Shown here: positions 11,882-28,752 of the stretch, in pieces
Position numbering within the stretch: position 1 is the first letter of the stretch
Layout of the letters: each line of letters opens with the position of its first letter
From: Phoronis australis
Taxonomy: Eukaryota > Animalia > Phoronida
NCBI GenBank assembly: GCA_002633005.1
Contig: NMRA01000008.1
Coordinates: forward strand, 564,985 to 628,984
DNA length: 64,000 bases
Reading direction: 5' to 3'
Made by a program: the position numbers and the translations under genes
Notes under the pieces: generated by a model
The model's database searches: none
What the model was told of the DNA's origin: nothing
The model's input: only the letters and a program-made list of their open reading frames with translations

Positions 11882-14721
11882 GTGTTTAGGCGATGTAATA
11901 CTGCGCCTGCGGCCAGCTGAGACGATGTTACCGTCTACTGCGTTCCCATCACCCATGCCTTCACCTCACTCTCACAGTCTCAATCACGCGACATCAATTT
12001 TGAACCAAGAAGCACAAGAATAACAATTGTGTACATTTTCTCTTTTTGTAAGTAGACATGTCTGCTGGAGATTGCGCTCCCAACTGTCAAGAGCTTTTCG
12101 AAAAGTTTCTGCGGGCGTTCTGCCAAGTCCAGGCCAATTTCCACGTTTTAACTTTTACCGCTTTGAAAATTACAAGTGACTATTGAACAGGGAGAAAAAG
12201 CACAAAAGTGGCTAAAATGAAAGAAATTGAAAAGATCCGGTTATAAAACACTCACTTACACTCATTAAATACTTACAAAGTACGAAATAGGAAAACACGA
12301 CTTCCAACATCAAGTTGAGGAATATAAATATGGCGGACATTGAAAGCGTCGTGACGTCACATAACAACAAATAACTATTATGGGAGATAATTTTATAGGG
12401 CACCTGTTCACCGAAAGATGCCGCGCGCGTCTTGTCTTGTTGTTGCGGTTGGCACTAGTCTCCTGCACAGACCCTCGAGGTTGGTTCACAAGCCATCCGT
12501 GACATCAGCTTGTGAGGCCCGGGAACCAGGTTAGGTTGGCACAAGTCGGTTTCCGAACTGAAGGTTCCCTGGTCATTCAGTGGTCGGATATACCAGGCAT
12601 TCCGCTAAATAACATGCCCATTACCAGTGCCCTCTCGAGTATGATCTCCGAACTCAGTCCACGGCTATCCTCTCACTGACTATGCTGAAAGAAGTGGTAT
12701 TGTCTCGCCGGGGTATCTTCATCATCTGATGTTGTCTCTGCGATTATCTACGGTGTTGGTCTGGCGGCACCCCCACCCTTCAAGTGTCTCTGGAGGAATA
12801 CGACCCTATGACCCTCTGAACACATCATTCTCTTCGGAGGCTTTCCTTTGGCCGTGGACCGGTTTGACTTCAGTACGGGACCCGTCCTAGTCGGGACTTT
12901 ATCTATGTTTTATATTTATTTTTATTTCTTTCAGTGGTCCCGGCAATAACAACACTACTTTTAAGCACAAAACCACTGCCAGCTATTAAATAGCTGACAT
13001 TGGTGGGAACGACGATGTCATTTCATCTCCGTCAAAATCTGTTTAGTTTTAAAACACACTTTTTGAATGTATGCTTAAATTCTTCAGTTTCACAGTTTAA
13101 TCCGAGCCACTAGTTGAGTAAACAAGATTTCATCTTAGCAATCTCATCAAACAATTTGAAAGATAATTTTTATTTTTAGAAAAGACCAAACACACCTGCC
13201 ATTGTTATTTTTGGACATAAAGTGAGCATTTAATTTCATCCCGTATTTGTCCACGTCTTGTTTATCTTGGCTTAATTTATTACAGATCTTTGACTTTGAA
13301 TTGTACTTGGGTCTGTTTTATACAAAGTGACTTAACCTTAACTTGAGTCAGCTGAGAACTTTGGCCTTGCTTACGGCGCCCACTTCACATTTCTGAATAA
13401 CGTCTTAATCGTGTAATTATTAGCACTATCTCAGCTTTAGAAACAATTTGTAATGAGTATTTTAATAACTACCAGTTACGGATATATTCTCAGAGACTCT
13501 GTACTTTTGTTAAAGTGAGATTTATTCATTTTTAGTAATACTTGTTGGGAGGATCACAAGTGAGAAAGTGAGATCATAAAAGAAAGCAAATGTCGGTAAC
13601 ACTGCATTCATTTTGCACGTCTTCTTGAGTCTCCCGTACCTAACCTGCTGTTAATCCTAACCACTTACGGGCATTTTATTTCTTATGATGTAAATTGCAC
13701 GGACACAAAGCAGCTGTTTGTGATGGCGGATGCCGTCTTGGAGTATTCAAATTACTATTTCAGCATAATGCATTATGATACTAGAATGAGGCATATATTT
13801 AAAAGTGAAAAACAATCTCACTGAGATCACGCACTACATCAGTGTAGTGTGGGAGTGGGGGGTCAGTTATGGGAGGTTAAGGTCTAGAATAGTTACTTGT
13901 TGCTCCGAGCACAATGCTGGACTTTAGACAGCCAAAGACCTGATAGGTGCTTTGGTACTGTTCATGAGATACATTGTCTGAGGAACGCATGATTTATTTT
14001 GGACAAGAAGGCAGCGTAGATGATGCAAAGAATGTTAACGGCGTAGTAGGCCTACGTTATAACATTTTTGCGCCTCAGTCTTGATTGTTGTGGGCGGCGT
14101 CGTGTTTCTTGGTGAAAAGTGAATCTCGCCCGCTGTATTCAAAGGCGTAATGAAACGATTGAAATCAAATTATAAAACAAGTAAAAATCCATTCAAAAGT
14201 TGTAGTAACAAGACGTGTAGGTGTGTAAAAAAATTACACTCCTGCCGGCATTGACGGCCGCCGAGGCTGGTTCAAATTTACTGTTAACAGGGCAAAAGCC
14301 ATACGTCATCACTGGAGCTGCACCGGCTGCTTCGAACAGCACGTGTTCTTAATACTGACGTCACTCCTCAATAACGAAAGGTCATAAATTCCCATGACCT
14401 TGTGAGAAATGGGGTAATATTTCAAGAATGTTCTTGTAGTTTTAGCAAAATCACAATGCAACGCTTCATGTACAGGAACTGGGGTCTAGGACCACGGTTA
14501 TATTACTTCCAGCTGGGGTACAAGTACTGCTGATTATGTTAATTATTTACACATGCAAGCTTCACACGTTACGCTATGTTCAGTTTGGATGAGTGCGAAA
14601 ACGTCTTTTACATCGGTCGGAGTGATCAGTTCAATAAAAACTGAACGTTCTAGTGACAGGGACAGGCATAAATGCGAAAAAATGTGTAAAGAAAAGGAAA
14701 AATGTACAGAGAATAAATGAA

Positions 14722-17700
14722 CATACAAGACATATCAAGCATCCGATCAAAAGACAAAATTTGGCAACGTAGGCGATCTTGGCATAAACCGCAGCCTTGA
14801 TAGATGAATGAAGGCATCGCCAAAGATATCAAAAGCTTGAAATACATTTTCAAGAAGCTCAATCCACAGAGAAATTCTTTTACTTTAGTCCATGTGATGT
14901 GGTAACAGTGAACCTGCAACCACATAGATTTTTTCCCTCGCACTTCATAGAGCAGATGTTTAAGAATAAAACATTGCAGGGGACAGACCTATGTTGTGCT
15001 TAAAAACCTGAACAGCAAAGCAATTAATTTTTTTCAAATAGTGCAGCGGAGTTTNGCCCAAAACCTCTTACTATACTACTCATACAAGACATATCAAGCA
15101 TCCGATCAAAAGACAAAATTTGGCAACGTAGGCGATGTTGGCATAAACCGCAGCCTTGATAGATGAATGAAGGCATCGCCAAAGATATCAAAAGCTTGAA
15201 ATACATTTTCAAGAAGCTCAATCCACAGAGAAATTCTTTTACTTTAGTCCATGTGATGTGGTAACAGTGAACCTGCAACCACATAGATTTTTTCCCTCGC
15301 ACTTCATAGAGCAGATGTTTAAGAATAAAACATTGCAGGGGACAGACCTATGTTGTGCTTAAAAACCTGAACAGCAAAGCAATTAATTTTTTTCAAATAG
15401 TGCAGCGGAGTTTGACTTAGACAACTAAAGACGGAGTCCTGGATGACTGGTGGTTATGCAAGGAACACAAACTTCAATCATGGAATAGTATAGTGGATCT
15501 TTTCTATTTTACTGCCATTTTGAACACTGAATAAATGCCATACATGAGGAAAGTATAGCTGAAATATGACCGACGTAATGCAAACTAAATCTTAAATCTT
15601 TTAATTTAGCGCCTGTATACCGCTGCATCACTGCATGGCTCATTTAGAACAAGGCAGATACATACTTCGCTGCTTTGATGCAGAGGTTGTCCACATGTTC
15701 ATGGGAGTTTACAGTCAATTTGGACACCTGACAATTAAACAAAGTATTGATGCCAACACATAGAATTTTTTAAAATCACCGAGAATGTTCCTTCTAAGAT
15801 CGAAGGGTTCAGTTGAATTTACCAGCGTTGGCAATATGGTTATGGTGAAACCATCTCATCGCCTCATTTGCTGCGTTTCTAAAACAGTTCTAACTTCATC
15901 CATACAAGTACACTTTCCTCCCAGAGTATAAACATATCATTTATGAAAACACTGAATAACAGGATAGAACTTTAGGGTATACCTTTAGGAACAAACCTGC
16001 CAAATTGAGAACTTACGGACTCCATTTCAGTCACAAAACGCCACCAGTTTCATACCTTTTTATTCCCCAGTTTCATCCCAGCCTCTAATTTTGTCAAAAT
16101 TTTCTTCATTTTGTCTTAAAATGCACTCCGTTTTTCTGGGATAAAATATTTGTCTGGTAAGACAAAACACTGTCTCTCACTAGGAACGCGCGTGACTAAA
16201 CGACGTGATCATATTGCTAGTTCCCGCGACTGGCGGGTTCTGACTTATTTACTTAGGGTGGTTATTAATATACTGGCGACAATGCAGCTACGTCTTTCGC
16301 AAGCCGATTATGTTGAAAGTGCATTACCGGTGTTTAAATTCCAATGGCTTGAACAGAAGCTGTTTCATCAGCCGTGATCCCGGCTACATCGTTCTGGTGT
16401 TAAAAACATCAANGTTTCATACCTTTTTATTCCCCAGTCTCTAATTTTGTCAAAATTTTCTTCATTTTGTCTTAAAATGCACTCCGTTTTCCTGGGATAA
16501 AATATTTGTCTGGTAAGACAAAACACTGTCTCTCACTAGGAACGCGCGTGACTAAACGACGTGATCATATTGCTAGTTCCCGCGACTGGCGGGTTCTGAC
16601 TTATTTACTTAGGGTGGTTATTAATTTACTGGCGACAATGCAGCTACGTCTTTCGCAAGCCGATTATGTTGAAAGTGCATTACCGGTGTTTAAATTCCAA
16701 TGGCTTGAACAGAAGCTGTTTCATCAGCCGTGATCCCGGCTACATCGTTCTGGTGTTAAAAACATCAAATTTCTTCGCAAGTCTAATACTTTCTCTTTTA
16801 AATTAAGCAACGTTGTCTGGTTCTTATCCGAGTTGAATGTAGGCACGATAGATCGCATCGCATCAAATTCTCTTAAGCGACAGCCTTGGCGACTGATCTA
16901 ACCCGCCGTGACACTACTTAATCATGCACGCACCCAGCCTTTAATATGGGGGGTTCGAATTTCTGGCGATGTGAACCTTTTGCTGATAAAAAAGCGGGGT
17001 ACCACATTCACTGTGCGCCTGTGCCTTTTCAGGGGACTTTTGTCTCGTTTTCTCGGACTTTTTGTTTCTCTGAGGCGGACCTTTTTGCTCACTTCGCACC
17101 CCTGGATACGCGCATGTTAATATGCCTGGTCTGAAGGAATAACCAATTAACCACCCGTTAGAACTTCTCAAGCCTAGAAATCGTTTTTGATCTGAGTATG
17201 AAAAAGGAAGAGAAGAGACCGATTTCACGCAGTGAGTAACCTTTAAGCTCAATCAAAAGTTGTTTTTGAGAGAGGCGCGGTTCATTGCTTCTTTAGTTGA
17301 AATCAATTCGAAGCTGTTTCTGTTATTTTTTGATAACGCGATGAAAAATCATGCGGTGGTAATTGATCCGACTGTTTTCTACCTCGGCACAGGCTGCTAC
17401 CAGGTTTTACACAAATCGTTTAGAATTTAAAAACTATTAATTAACCACATTGTTGGCTTCTTGTGACGTAACATGAGGTTAGAGTCAAATTTCCACGCAT
17501 TTAAATTAAAGTTGAAAAATTATATCATGCAATTGAGAATTTATTTAACATTAGATTTCAAGCTTTTTGACAGCGTAATAAGTACTAGCTAAGACAGAGC
17601 GGCAACACGCTGTTAAAGAAATGAGGATGTAGCTTGTACCCGCGGTGTTTTCATCGATTTAACTAACGTTAATCACATGCAGTTTTTCTATCCCTTAATT

Positions 17701-18724
17701 TCCTGCTTTATCGAGCTGTCGATAAATCTTACGTTTTCAGTCAATGCATTCTCGCCCAGAAGCATTGCACACCTTGAAAGCATTCCGACAGTAGTTCGTT
17801 TCTTTCACAGTCGTTCCATAGAGGGCGTCACCATCTCTGAATGCCTGCCTGAGTTAGTGAGCATCACGAGATTGATTATTTTACTCNGGACTTTTTGTTT
17901 CTCTGAGGCGGACCTTTTTGCTCACTTCGCCCCCCTGGATACGCGCATGTTAATATGCGTGGTCTGAAGGAATAACCAATTAACCACCCGTTAGAACTTC
18001 TCAAGCCTAGAAATCGTTTTTGATCTAAGTATGAAAAAGGAAGAGAAGAGACCGATTTCACGTAGTGAGTAACCTTTAAGCTCAATCAAAAGTTGTTTTT
18101 GAGAGAGGCGCGGTTCATTGCTTCTTTAGTTGAAATCAATTCGAAGCTGTTTCTGTTATTTTTTGATAACGCGATGAAAAATCATGCGGTGGTAATTAAT
18201 TCGACTGTTTTCTACCTCGGCACAGGCTGCTACCAGGTTTTACACAAATCGTTTAGAATTTAAAAACTATTAAATAACCACATTGTTGGCTTCTTGTGAC
18301 GTAACATGAGGTTAGAGTCAAATTTCCACGCATTTAAATTAAAGTTGAAAAATTATATCATGCAATTGAGAATTTATTTAACATTAGATTTCAAGCTTTT
18401 TGACATGAAAGCGTAATCAGTACTAGCTAAGACAGAGCGGCAACACGCTGTTAAAGAAATGAGGATGTAGCTTGTACCCGCGGTGTTTTCATCGATTTAA
18501 CTAACGTTAATCACATGCAGTTTTTCTATCCCTTAATTTCCTGCTTTATCGAGCTGTCGATAAATCTTACGTTTTCAGTCAATGCATTCTCGCCCAGAAG
18601 CATTGCACACCTTGAAAGCATTCCGACAGTAGTTCGTTTCTTTCACAGTCGTTCCATAGAGGGCGTCACCATCTCTGAATGCCTGCCTGAGTTAGTGAGC
18701 ATCACGAGATTGATTATTTTACTC
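14722..18724. other. Three near-identical tandem duplications joined at single N bases (probable uncollapsed haplotype overlaps)
   Basis: 14722..15054 vs 15081..15413 (N at 15055); 16047..16412 vs 16414..16768 (N at 16413); 17055..17886 vs 17888..18724 (N at 17887). Copies differ by a few SNPs and small indels. Confidence 0.85.
16923..17116. mobile_element. Short non-autonomous DNA element CATGC...GCATG with 5-bp TSD TTAAT
   Basis: TIR CATGCACGCACCCAG / CTGGATACGCGCATG; TTAAT on both flanks; second copy at 36991. Confidence 0.7.
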
Positions 18725-21700
18725 AAAACGTCATAGAATAGACTGTGACGCATGAAGGTAGAAATGTATGACAAGGTGTGGGGAGTATAAGCCTCTAAGG
18801 CGTCACTAAAATAATACTGTGAACTAAATACGTTAGCTATGCAATAATGAACTTTGGGGAACATGAGGGTTTAATTGTTTTCGAGAAAACGCAAACAAAT
18901 AAGATATCATTGAAATAAAAATAGAAAATAAATGTCAGAAGCAGACACGCCTCCAGCCCATATAACAACAATAAAGTGAGAATACAAGGCGCAATATGAA
19001 TAATCTTCACAATTAATAAATGAACAACGCTTGAAAACAGAAAATAGTCATTAAAAGGGCTGGATACACCAGCGTGCTAATTATTTGTTATAATTAGAAT
19101 TTGACAATGTATTGGCACATTCGCAGTCGGTCTATAAATACAAACACGAATGTTTGGGCGTTAATTCGAAAGGAGTCGACAAAAATACATCGGTCGTGTA
19201 CGTTAGAGTCAAAAATAATAACTTATATATGCCAAACTTGTCTGCTAGTAATCAATAATATGTCAGACATCTTTGGATTTTTTGTTTTTGCCTTTAAACA
19301 TATTCATCTGTTGCTATTACGGGTCTTGGAAGGAGGCCCATCGTATTTTTAGTAACAAAAATTCCAATGATTCATTTTTTGAACGACTCTGCCGTGTGGC
19401 ATTAAGTGGAAAATTACCTGGTATCTGACGAACGGTTCTTTTAATAGATGTCTGTATCGACAGCAATGTAATCTATGTTTAAAACTAAAGGTATGCAGTT
19501 TGGAATACCTTACGACTGTAGCGTTCTGTTCACGTGGCATGTACTTATTGATGTCGGAAGGTTAAGGCGTCATTTTGATGTAGTGAGATTCTGGATCGGA
19601 AAATATGAAAAGCAGGTGGTAAGATATCGGCGGATCCATAGAAGCGGCCCCCTTTAGATGCCCCTTGGAGAAGTAACTCAATGAGTTTCGCTAGGCTGGA
19701 TGCCAGAAATGAGCGCTGAATCGAAAAATTAAGTTTTCCAAATTATCTGGTTTTCCTCAGAAACTCTTTGGCATCATAATTAACGGGGATAAATTATGTG
19801 AGTCTGATAGCCCAGAGAGCTTCTAAAAGATATTTGTTAAATCGAGATGGACTCAACCTAGGCAACGACAAGTGACGGGACCAAATGGGCGACATTTATT
19901 TAGGCGTCACGACATGAAGGGCCGGAAGGGAATTTGAGCAAAGGTAGCGGGGACTGATGCAGTCTGAAAAAAAAGACGCCAGGATAGAATCACCGAATTT
20001 CAGCACAGCTTCAAGAGTACAATTTCGCAGTCGTGACCGGCAAACTGCACAGCCGTACGCATTATGTTATATCGGCAGCCTCTCACTCAGGTACTGAGAA
20101 TGCAATCTGTCGCGAATTAGTACTCAGTTACGTCAAAGCAGTACGAACACCGTATTCACGTATCCTCATTCTAAAAATAAATTTTTAAAGCTCTTGTTAA
20201 AACTGCCACGAAAATTTTAATACCGTTGGGTAAAGTTAGTTGATGTCAAGTCATGTACATAAATGTGAACGACTGTGATCATAGTCGGTGATTGCTTGGC
20301 CTATGTACATCTACATAAAAATATCATTAGTTTCGTACCAAGCACGCAATTGCTGTCATTGACCCTTTATTCCTATTTATCTCCTGCTATATTATTAGTA
20401 TACAGATATCGCATCATCATGATTTTATGTATCGTTTCCAAACAAGTAGCAGAGGGATACATATCTGTAACAAGCCATCGCTCCATAATCATCTTGGCTT
20501 GTCAGTTCAAAGTAGGCGGCCATCCGGAAGAGATGTGCGCATCTTCCCTGTCCCATCAACTTTACGTTGCTGAAGACACAAACGTTCCCTGTGTTTACAA
20601 ATTGTCAGACACTCTGGTCGGACACTGGACTGCGCCTGCGTCAAGACTTCCACTGGTAACGTGAACCAACGCACTGTCAATACTGTGCAACCATTAATAA
20701 TACAGCTGCTGCGAGTGCAGTACGTCATATTACACCAATAAAAATGCTTTGCCAGACAGCAGCGAGTTCCCCCGATGAACTGAAAAGGAAAGGTGGTTTC
20801 CCGAGCGCTATGTCGTGGCTATTTCGGTGCACATAGCGTCACTGCCTCGACCGGGATAGTTTCCGTAACACGTTCCGCGCATAGCTGAAAATAAACACGA
20901 ACCTTCTAGAAATAAACAGGCGCTAGGTTTCTTGGCAACCATCCCACCAACAAAATGTTCAGGTATCACTGGGAGATTTGTATGCGTTCCGTTTCGCAAC
21001 TATATTTTTGATGGGTTTAACACTCCCGCTGTGTCAAATACTTTCAATGATAAACGTCTCCATGGTAGCTGGTCAAACGACATGAAGTTGTATATATACT
21101 GCCACTGACATTCAATTGGATGTGAGGATAGTCCTCTTAAGTTAAAGATGCTATGTCATTAAAACCGTGAATATTTAAATTTGTAGCAATCGCCACCTAA
21201 TGACTTCCTGGTGAACTGTGTGTTTAAATAGAACTAGGAAAATAAACAATTTGTAAATAAATTGCGGTTTTAAAGAAAACGCCACAATTGATACATGTAA
21301 AAACAAGTGTGAACATATAAAGAACTCTAGTAATATTACGCAATCGTTATTTGATAGTCAAATAAACAAATAATAAAAACTGTGCCTTGTTTCATTAGGG
21401 TAACAACGAAATATTACCATACTCATTTACATAAAAATAGTTTCACAAACGAGACTTTCGCGAGATTGTAATGGTAACTGGTTGTCGGATGGTCTCCGGT
21501 ACACTAGAGGACCGGTTTGTTCGTAAATCAGTACTTCATTTGCATATTCACAATTTAATGAGACTATGCATCTTTATCCTAAACATGAGTTTTAGGAAGC
21601 CTACTTGCGTTATTGCTCCGCTGATTTTATTGACCACGCAAGTCGTCGGGTTTGTTTTCCATGCGGTGATCGTACTGGAAGTACAAGGAAAAACAAGATG

Positions 21701-24401
21701 TAACGCCAATGCGCCAGAAACAATTACCGAATCACCCGCTCGAACGATTGAACCAAACGCTGAGAGCAATGTCACACGCATAGAAAAAATCGTGCATACG
21801 AATCACTAAATCAAGCGTTTGAACAAAAACCAAACACACGGACATGGAATCATTCCTAGGAACCACATGAACGAATGTAGATTTCACAGCGGCTGTAGTT
21901 TTTGCACGTTGGTAAGACGTTCGCGTTGAGGTTCGAACGGAGAGTTCATTATTTCTGAAGTATGACCCAATTAGAAGTTGTTGCGAACAATTGCCCCCTA
22001 CCCTTGATAATCAGAAAATAAAAAATACTATTGACAACAATGTCTTTACTTATGCAGTTGAGAACAAGTTGCCCCAAATTTTTCTTCGTCATGAAAAAAA
22101 AATGACATCTACATGGTAGGCATTACAAGCAAGCCCAATTAAAAAACATTTTTTTTAAAATTTGAGATGATTTGTTTCAACGCACTGTACGGCAAAATAA
22201 CCTATCGTGTGTTGACCGTGTCACGCAGAACTTTGAACTTTCGAACTGTTTCCATGGAAACGGCCACGTAGTGGACTTTAATTAAGATAGAGTCAAACCA
22301 TACCACGCTCAAATCACTGACTATCATCCGGATTAAGAACACAAGAAACGTTTTTCTCTAATTCGTGAAATGATTTGACTGTTGTTTGTCAATTTCATTC
22401 AAAGTTTCGTGAAAATCGATGCAGCGTGCTTTTTTCTAAAGCGATATAACGAAGACTGAATGACCGTGAATGGCCTCTACTCTTCGATCAAGGACGGCAG
22501 ACGCACTGACACCCGGTTACAAATGAGGGCAAGGCGATCTCAGGGTATGCAGATTAGTGGAAAAAAACAACTTCCATTGCCCATTAACCGTTATCTCGCT
22601 ATAACACAACGCTCGTGTGGATGCGTGCACCAAAAGCCACATTTATTGGCATCAATTACTAATGCGTATGTCGATTAACAACTTACGCTAGTGTCGCTAC
22701 AAAGTCGCTTGAAATTTAGAACAAAAGCATCCTGAACGCCATCGTGACATTTCAGTAGTTTAAACTGTTTAGAATAGAACGAACAATTCATTTGAAGGTA
22801 AATGGCTAAAGAGTTTAAATAATTGATATTGATGCCAACGTGTCCAAGCACGGAAAAAATTAACTGTCACTTTCTTGTATTATTCTAAATAAATGCGGTT
22901 ATTTTGAAAATTGTCTTGTTACAAAACAATCGTTTTTGACATACAAAACAATCATTTTTGACTCCTAAATTATGAGCGCTTCTACAAATACTAGGATACA
23001 TCATCAAATAAAGCATGAAGATGAAAAAGTGATTAAGACTAATGAAATGAACCAGTAGTTTTATTTTACACGAAATCCTTTGCGATGTCAAATTGCCTGC
23101 AAATTAAGCACAATATGCCATATGTTACGCGTGACGAGGGTGGCATTCAAATAGACCAATTTTCAAAAGTAGAACAGAAAATTGGCCCTCATCTATGTGT
23201 ACTTAGCTCACGGCAATAAACCGAGAACAACCTAATGCCGGCGAATTACGGTGTCACCCAGATGTAATGAATCAAACTCACCATTTCGACACTACGATTG
23301 CAGTCCTTGATTGAATTGCAAACGTTAATTAATCCTTTGAAGATGTTGAACGAAAGAGAACTTTATTGTTAATTACGAATAAGAGACGCCGACTTTTACG
23401 TTCAGAAATATTGGAAAAATTTTCGAAATCCTAAAAAACGGGGTCACCGATTACATAAATTTCAGAAAAGTGAACCCTTCCAGGGTGGAGTAAAATGGTG
23501 GAGGCATTGCTGAGATTTGCAACTGCAGATGGGTGCTACACTCGTAATATAAGACTATATCAAGCCAAGGGAGTAAGAGATAGCCATAACCAAACGAGCC
23601 TCAATAAAATACTGTAAATACTTCCCGGATATATACTGAAAATAATAGAGATTTCACTCTTCATCCGGGAGACGGCGAGAATTAGCTCACTGGCGACTCC
23701 CAGATTAAGTGCGAGAGTTGCCACTACAAGCATGCCATGCTTCCGGCATGACTTCCATCTATGCCATACTTCCTGTTTGACACCCAATGAGTACTGCAGC
23801 TTAATTCAGAAGAGTCTGAACGGGATTTGCGAACAACGTGTTTCGTTGATGATGTACATGTTATATAACACTTTAAACTAAATCAACCTGGGAATAACGA
23901 GTCTTGCATTGTTCCACATTGGCTGAGAGATCTGTGATAACGTAATATCATTGCATTGTTACCTGTCGCAAAATGATTCCCCTCAAAGTCAACATTAGTG
24001 AAACAATGTTTTTCGTTGTCGTGTTTGATCATAATGTTTAGTTTGCGAAAAGTGAACAATTGGCTCTTTACTTTGAACAGCATGGGCAATCAGTTCTTTC
24101 GGCAGCAGTATGCAAGTTCAATATTGACAGACTTCAGTGTGGGTAGTTCGAAAAGATAAACTTTTTAAATAGAGTTTGGTATGCACAATTTATGTCCCTT
24201 CTTGTTGCAACAAGGTCACTGAGTTCAGATGACAACAATTAGTGCTACTTACAGTGACATCGTTCAAACGCGGGTGTGTACATTAAATCTTACCGGCATA
24301 TAGCATTTTGTTAAGAACAATTAGTGTTTAGTTTAACTCTGTCATGGTACCGACAACCATACGACACACTCCAATGGGTTGTTACGCAACCGGTCGACCA
24401 G

Positions 24402-24803
24402 GGCCCGGTCTCTAATCTTTGTACTCGAAACGAACTCGAAACTAGTTTTGGCAATTTCTCTGCTCCTTTTGTGCTAACTTAAGATAATTGGTAATCAGAC
24501 TGTGCTCGAATACATTATAGTTTATGCATAAGAGTTTCTAGTTCAAGTTTGCCCTTGAAGACCCTTATATTCGTGCTACAAACTCGAGTAAAAACTCGAA
24601 ATTTCGAGTTCAAACTCGAACTTATTGCTTTAATATTGGGTTTACAAACTGTGAACTAAGGGCAATAAATTATCTACGTAAGTTATTGTGTACTCGAGCA
24701 TAGAATAATAGACACTTAGTCTTGAGTTCGCCCAAAAGTTGAGTAGAAAACGCCAAACCTAATTTCGAGTTCCATTTCGAGTAAAAAGATTGGAGACCGG
24801 GCC
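24402..24803. mobile_element. MITE with CAG TSD (PIF/Harbinger-like)
   Basis: TIR GGCCCGGTCTCTAATCTTT / AAAGATTGGAGACCGGGCC extends imperfectly inward; CAG on both flanks. Confidence 0.88.
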
Positions 24804-26201
24804 CAGGAGGCAAAAAGGAATCAGATACCCCTCTGGCACAAGCGTGGCTCAGAACTAATCCGTGTTTCTAAACTGAATTTGGTAGACTACTCACTCGATT
24901 TTTAGCTAAAAATGCCCTTACACATTGTCGCTTCTGTTATGTAAGGTGCACGAGTACGTGCCAACGGTTGCCACTAAAGTCGGCCAAGACTGGGGTTTAG
25001 GGGTTTCCATGACCAAAAAGCTCCCAGCGGCCGCCAGTATGAAGTGAAGGCCGTCAAAAACCAAGTGCGAGCTTCATCATTGACAATTGATTGCAGACGG
25101 TGGTGAAATACAGGAGAGGGCCACTATTAGCACGTGACATCTGTACTGCTGTGAGAGCCGATGTGCTCCGAATGATTTGCAACGTCAAGGGAAATTGATT
25201 ACACAAAACTGGTGTGTATTATACTTCGATGCTTTCATCACCTACCTACCCTGGTTACAGCTGGTCGACTTGTGACAACTAGTTTTCCAAGCAAATTGCA
25301 TTTGGTCGCGCCATTGGCCAACTGAATTTGATTTCTATAATACACATTTTCGTGAATCTGGCCATTGGTTCTGTTTTGAATTCTAGTCATAAAAGATATC
25401 AAATTCTCCAAAATATGTCATTCATTACCTCCATGTGAGTTTCCAATGGTGCGATCGATGTATCATTTGAATGTGAATTAGCAAGCTTGCGGGTTGTTAA
25501 TTTGAGTTTTATGAACCGACGATCGGATGGAAAAATGAACGTTTATAACAAACATCCGTGTATCCTCAGTTCTCGCGTGTGATCGGCGTGAGCACGACAT
25601 GATGGGATACACTGCGCACTTCATTTTGACAAATTACTCACTTTCAACTGACATATTGATTAGAAGAGATAATTATAGCCGCTCTGCCTATTGCCACGTA
25701 TAGTTTTTAGTTGTGATGAGCAGTACAAGGGCAATTACTAGGGCAAATGACGTCAATGGCCGCGTCATTTCCGGACTCCAAGTCATGCGGACATTGCATA
25801 AAATTACAAGCAAACGACTAAGTAGTGTGGTGTGGTAAATATCATGTATATTACCGCGAGATATATTTCATACACAATATCACCGTTACGTTTGGATTTA
25901 ACCAATAACACGTCACAATACTGAGTAATGATATTAAGATGAAGAAATATAACAACAATTAGCTTACAGCTCAATAAAATCTTAAATAACTGATATCACA
26001 ATAATTACTTCACAAGCACTTAAAAGACAATAATCTCTTTAAAATTAATTTATGTTATGTGAAACATATAAAAATATATAGAAGCCTCGTGTGCATCAAA
26101 CAAAGCGTTCTTCTATAACAATGTAAATGACATATTTACACGAAAGCACATGATTACCAAAACACGACAGTTGTTCAGGTAAATGAAAGCTAAAAGTGTT
26201 T

Positions 26202-28752
<2,551 letters not shown>

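Noticed and set aside
12560-12940. Possible 3' end of a non-LTR retrotransposon
   Set aside because: Only a vague peptide resemblance and a T-rich tail; cannot be supported without a search.
14650-18736. Pairs of near-identical short ORFs suggesting a small gene family
   Set aside because: They arise from N-joined duplicated sequence and show no recognisable domains or splice structure.
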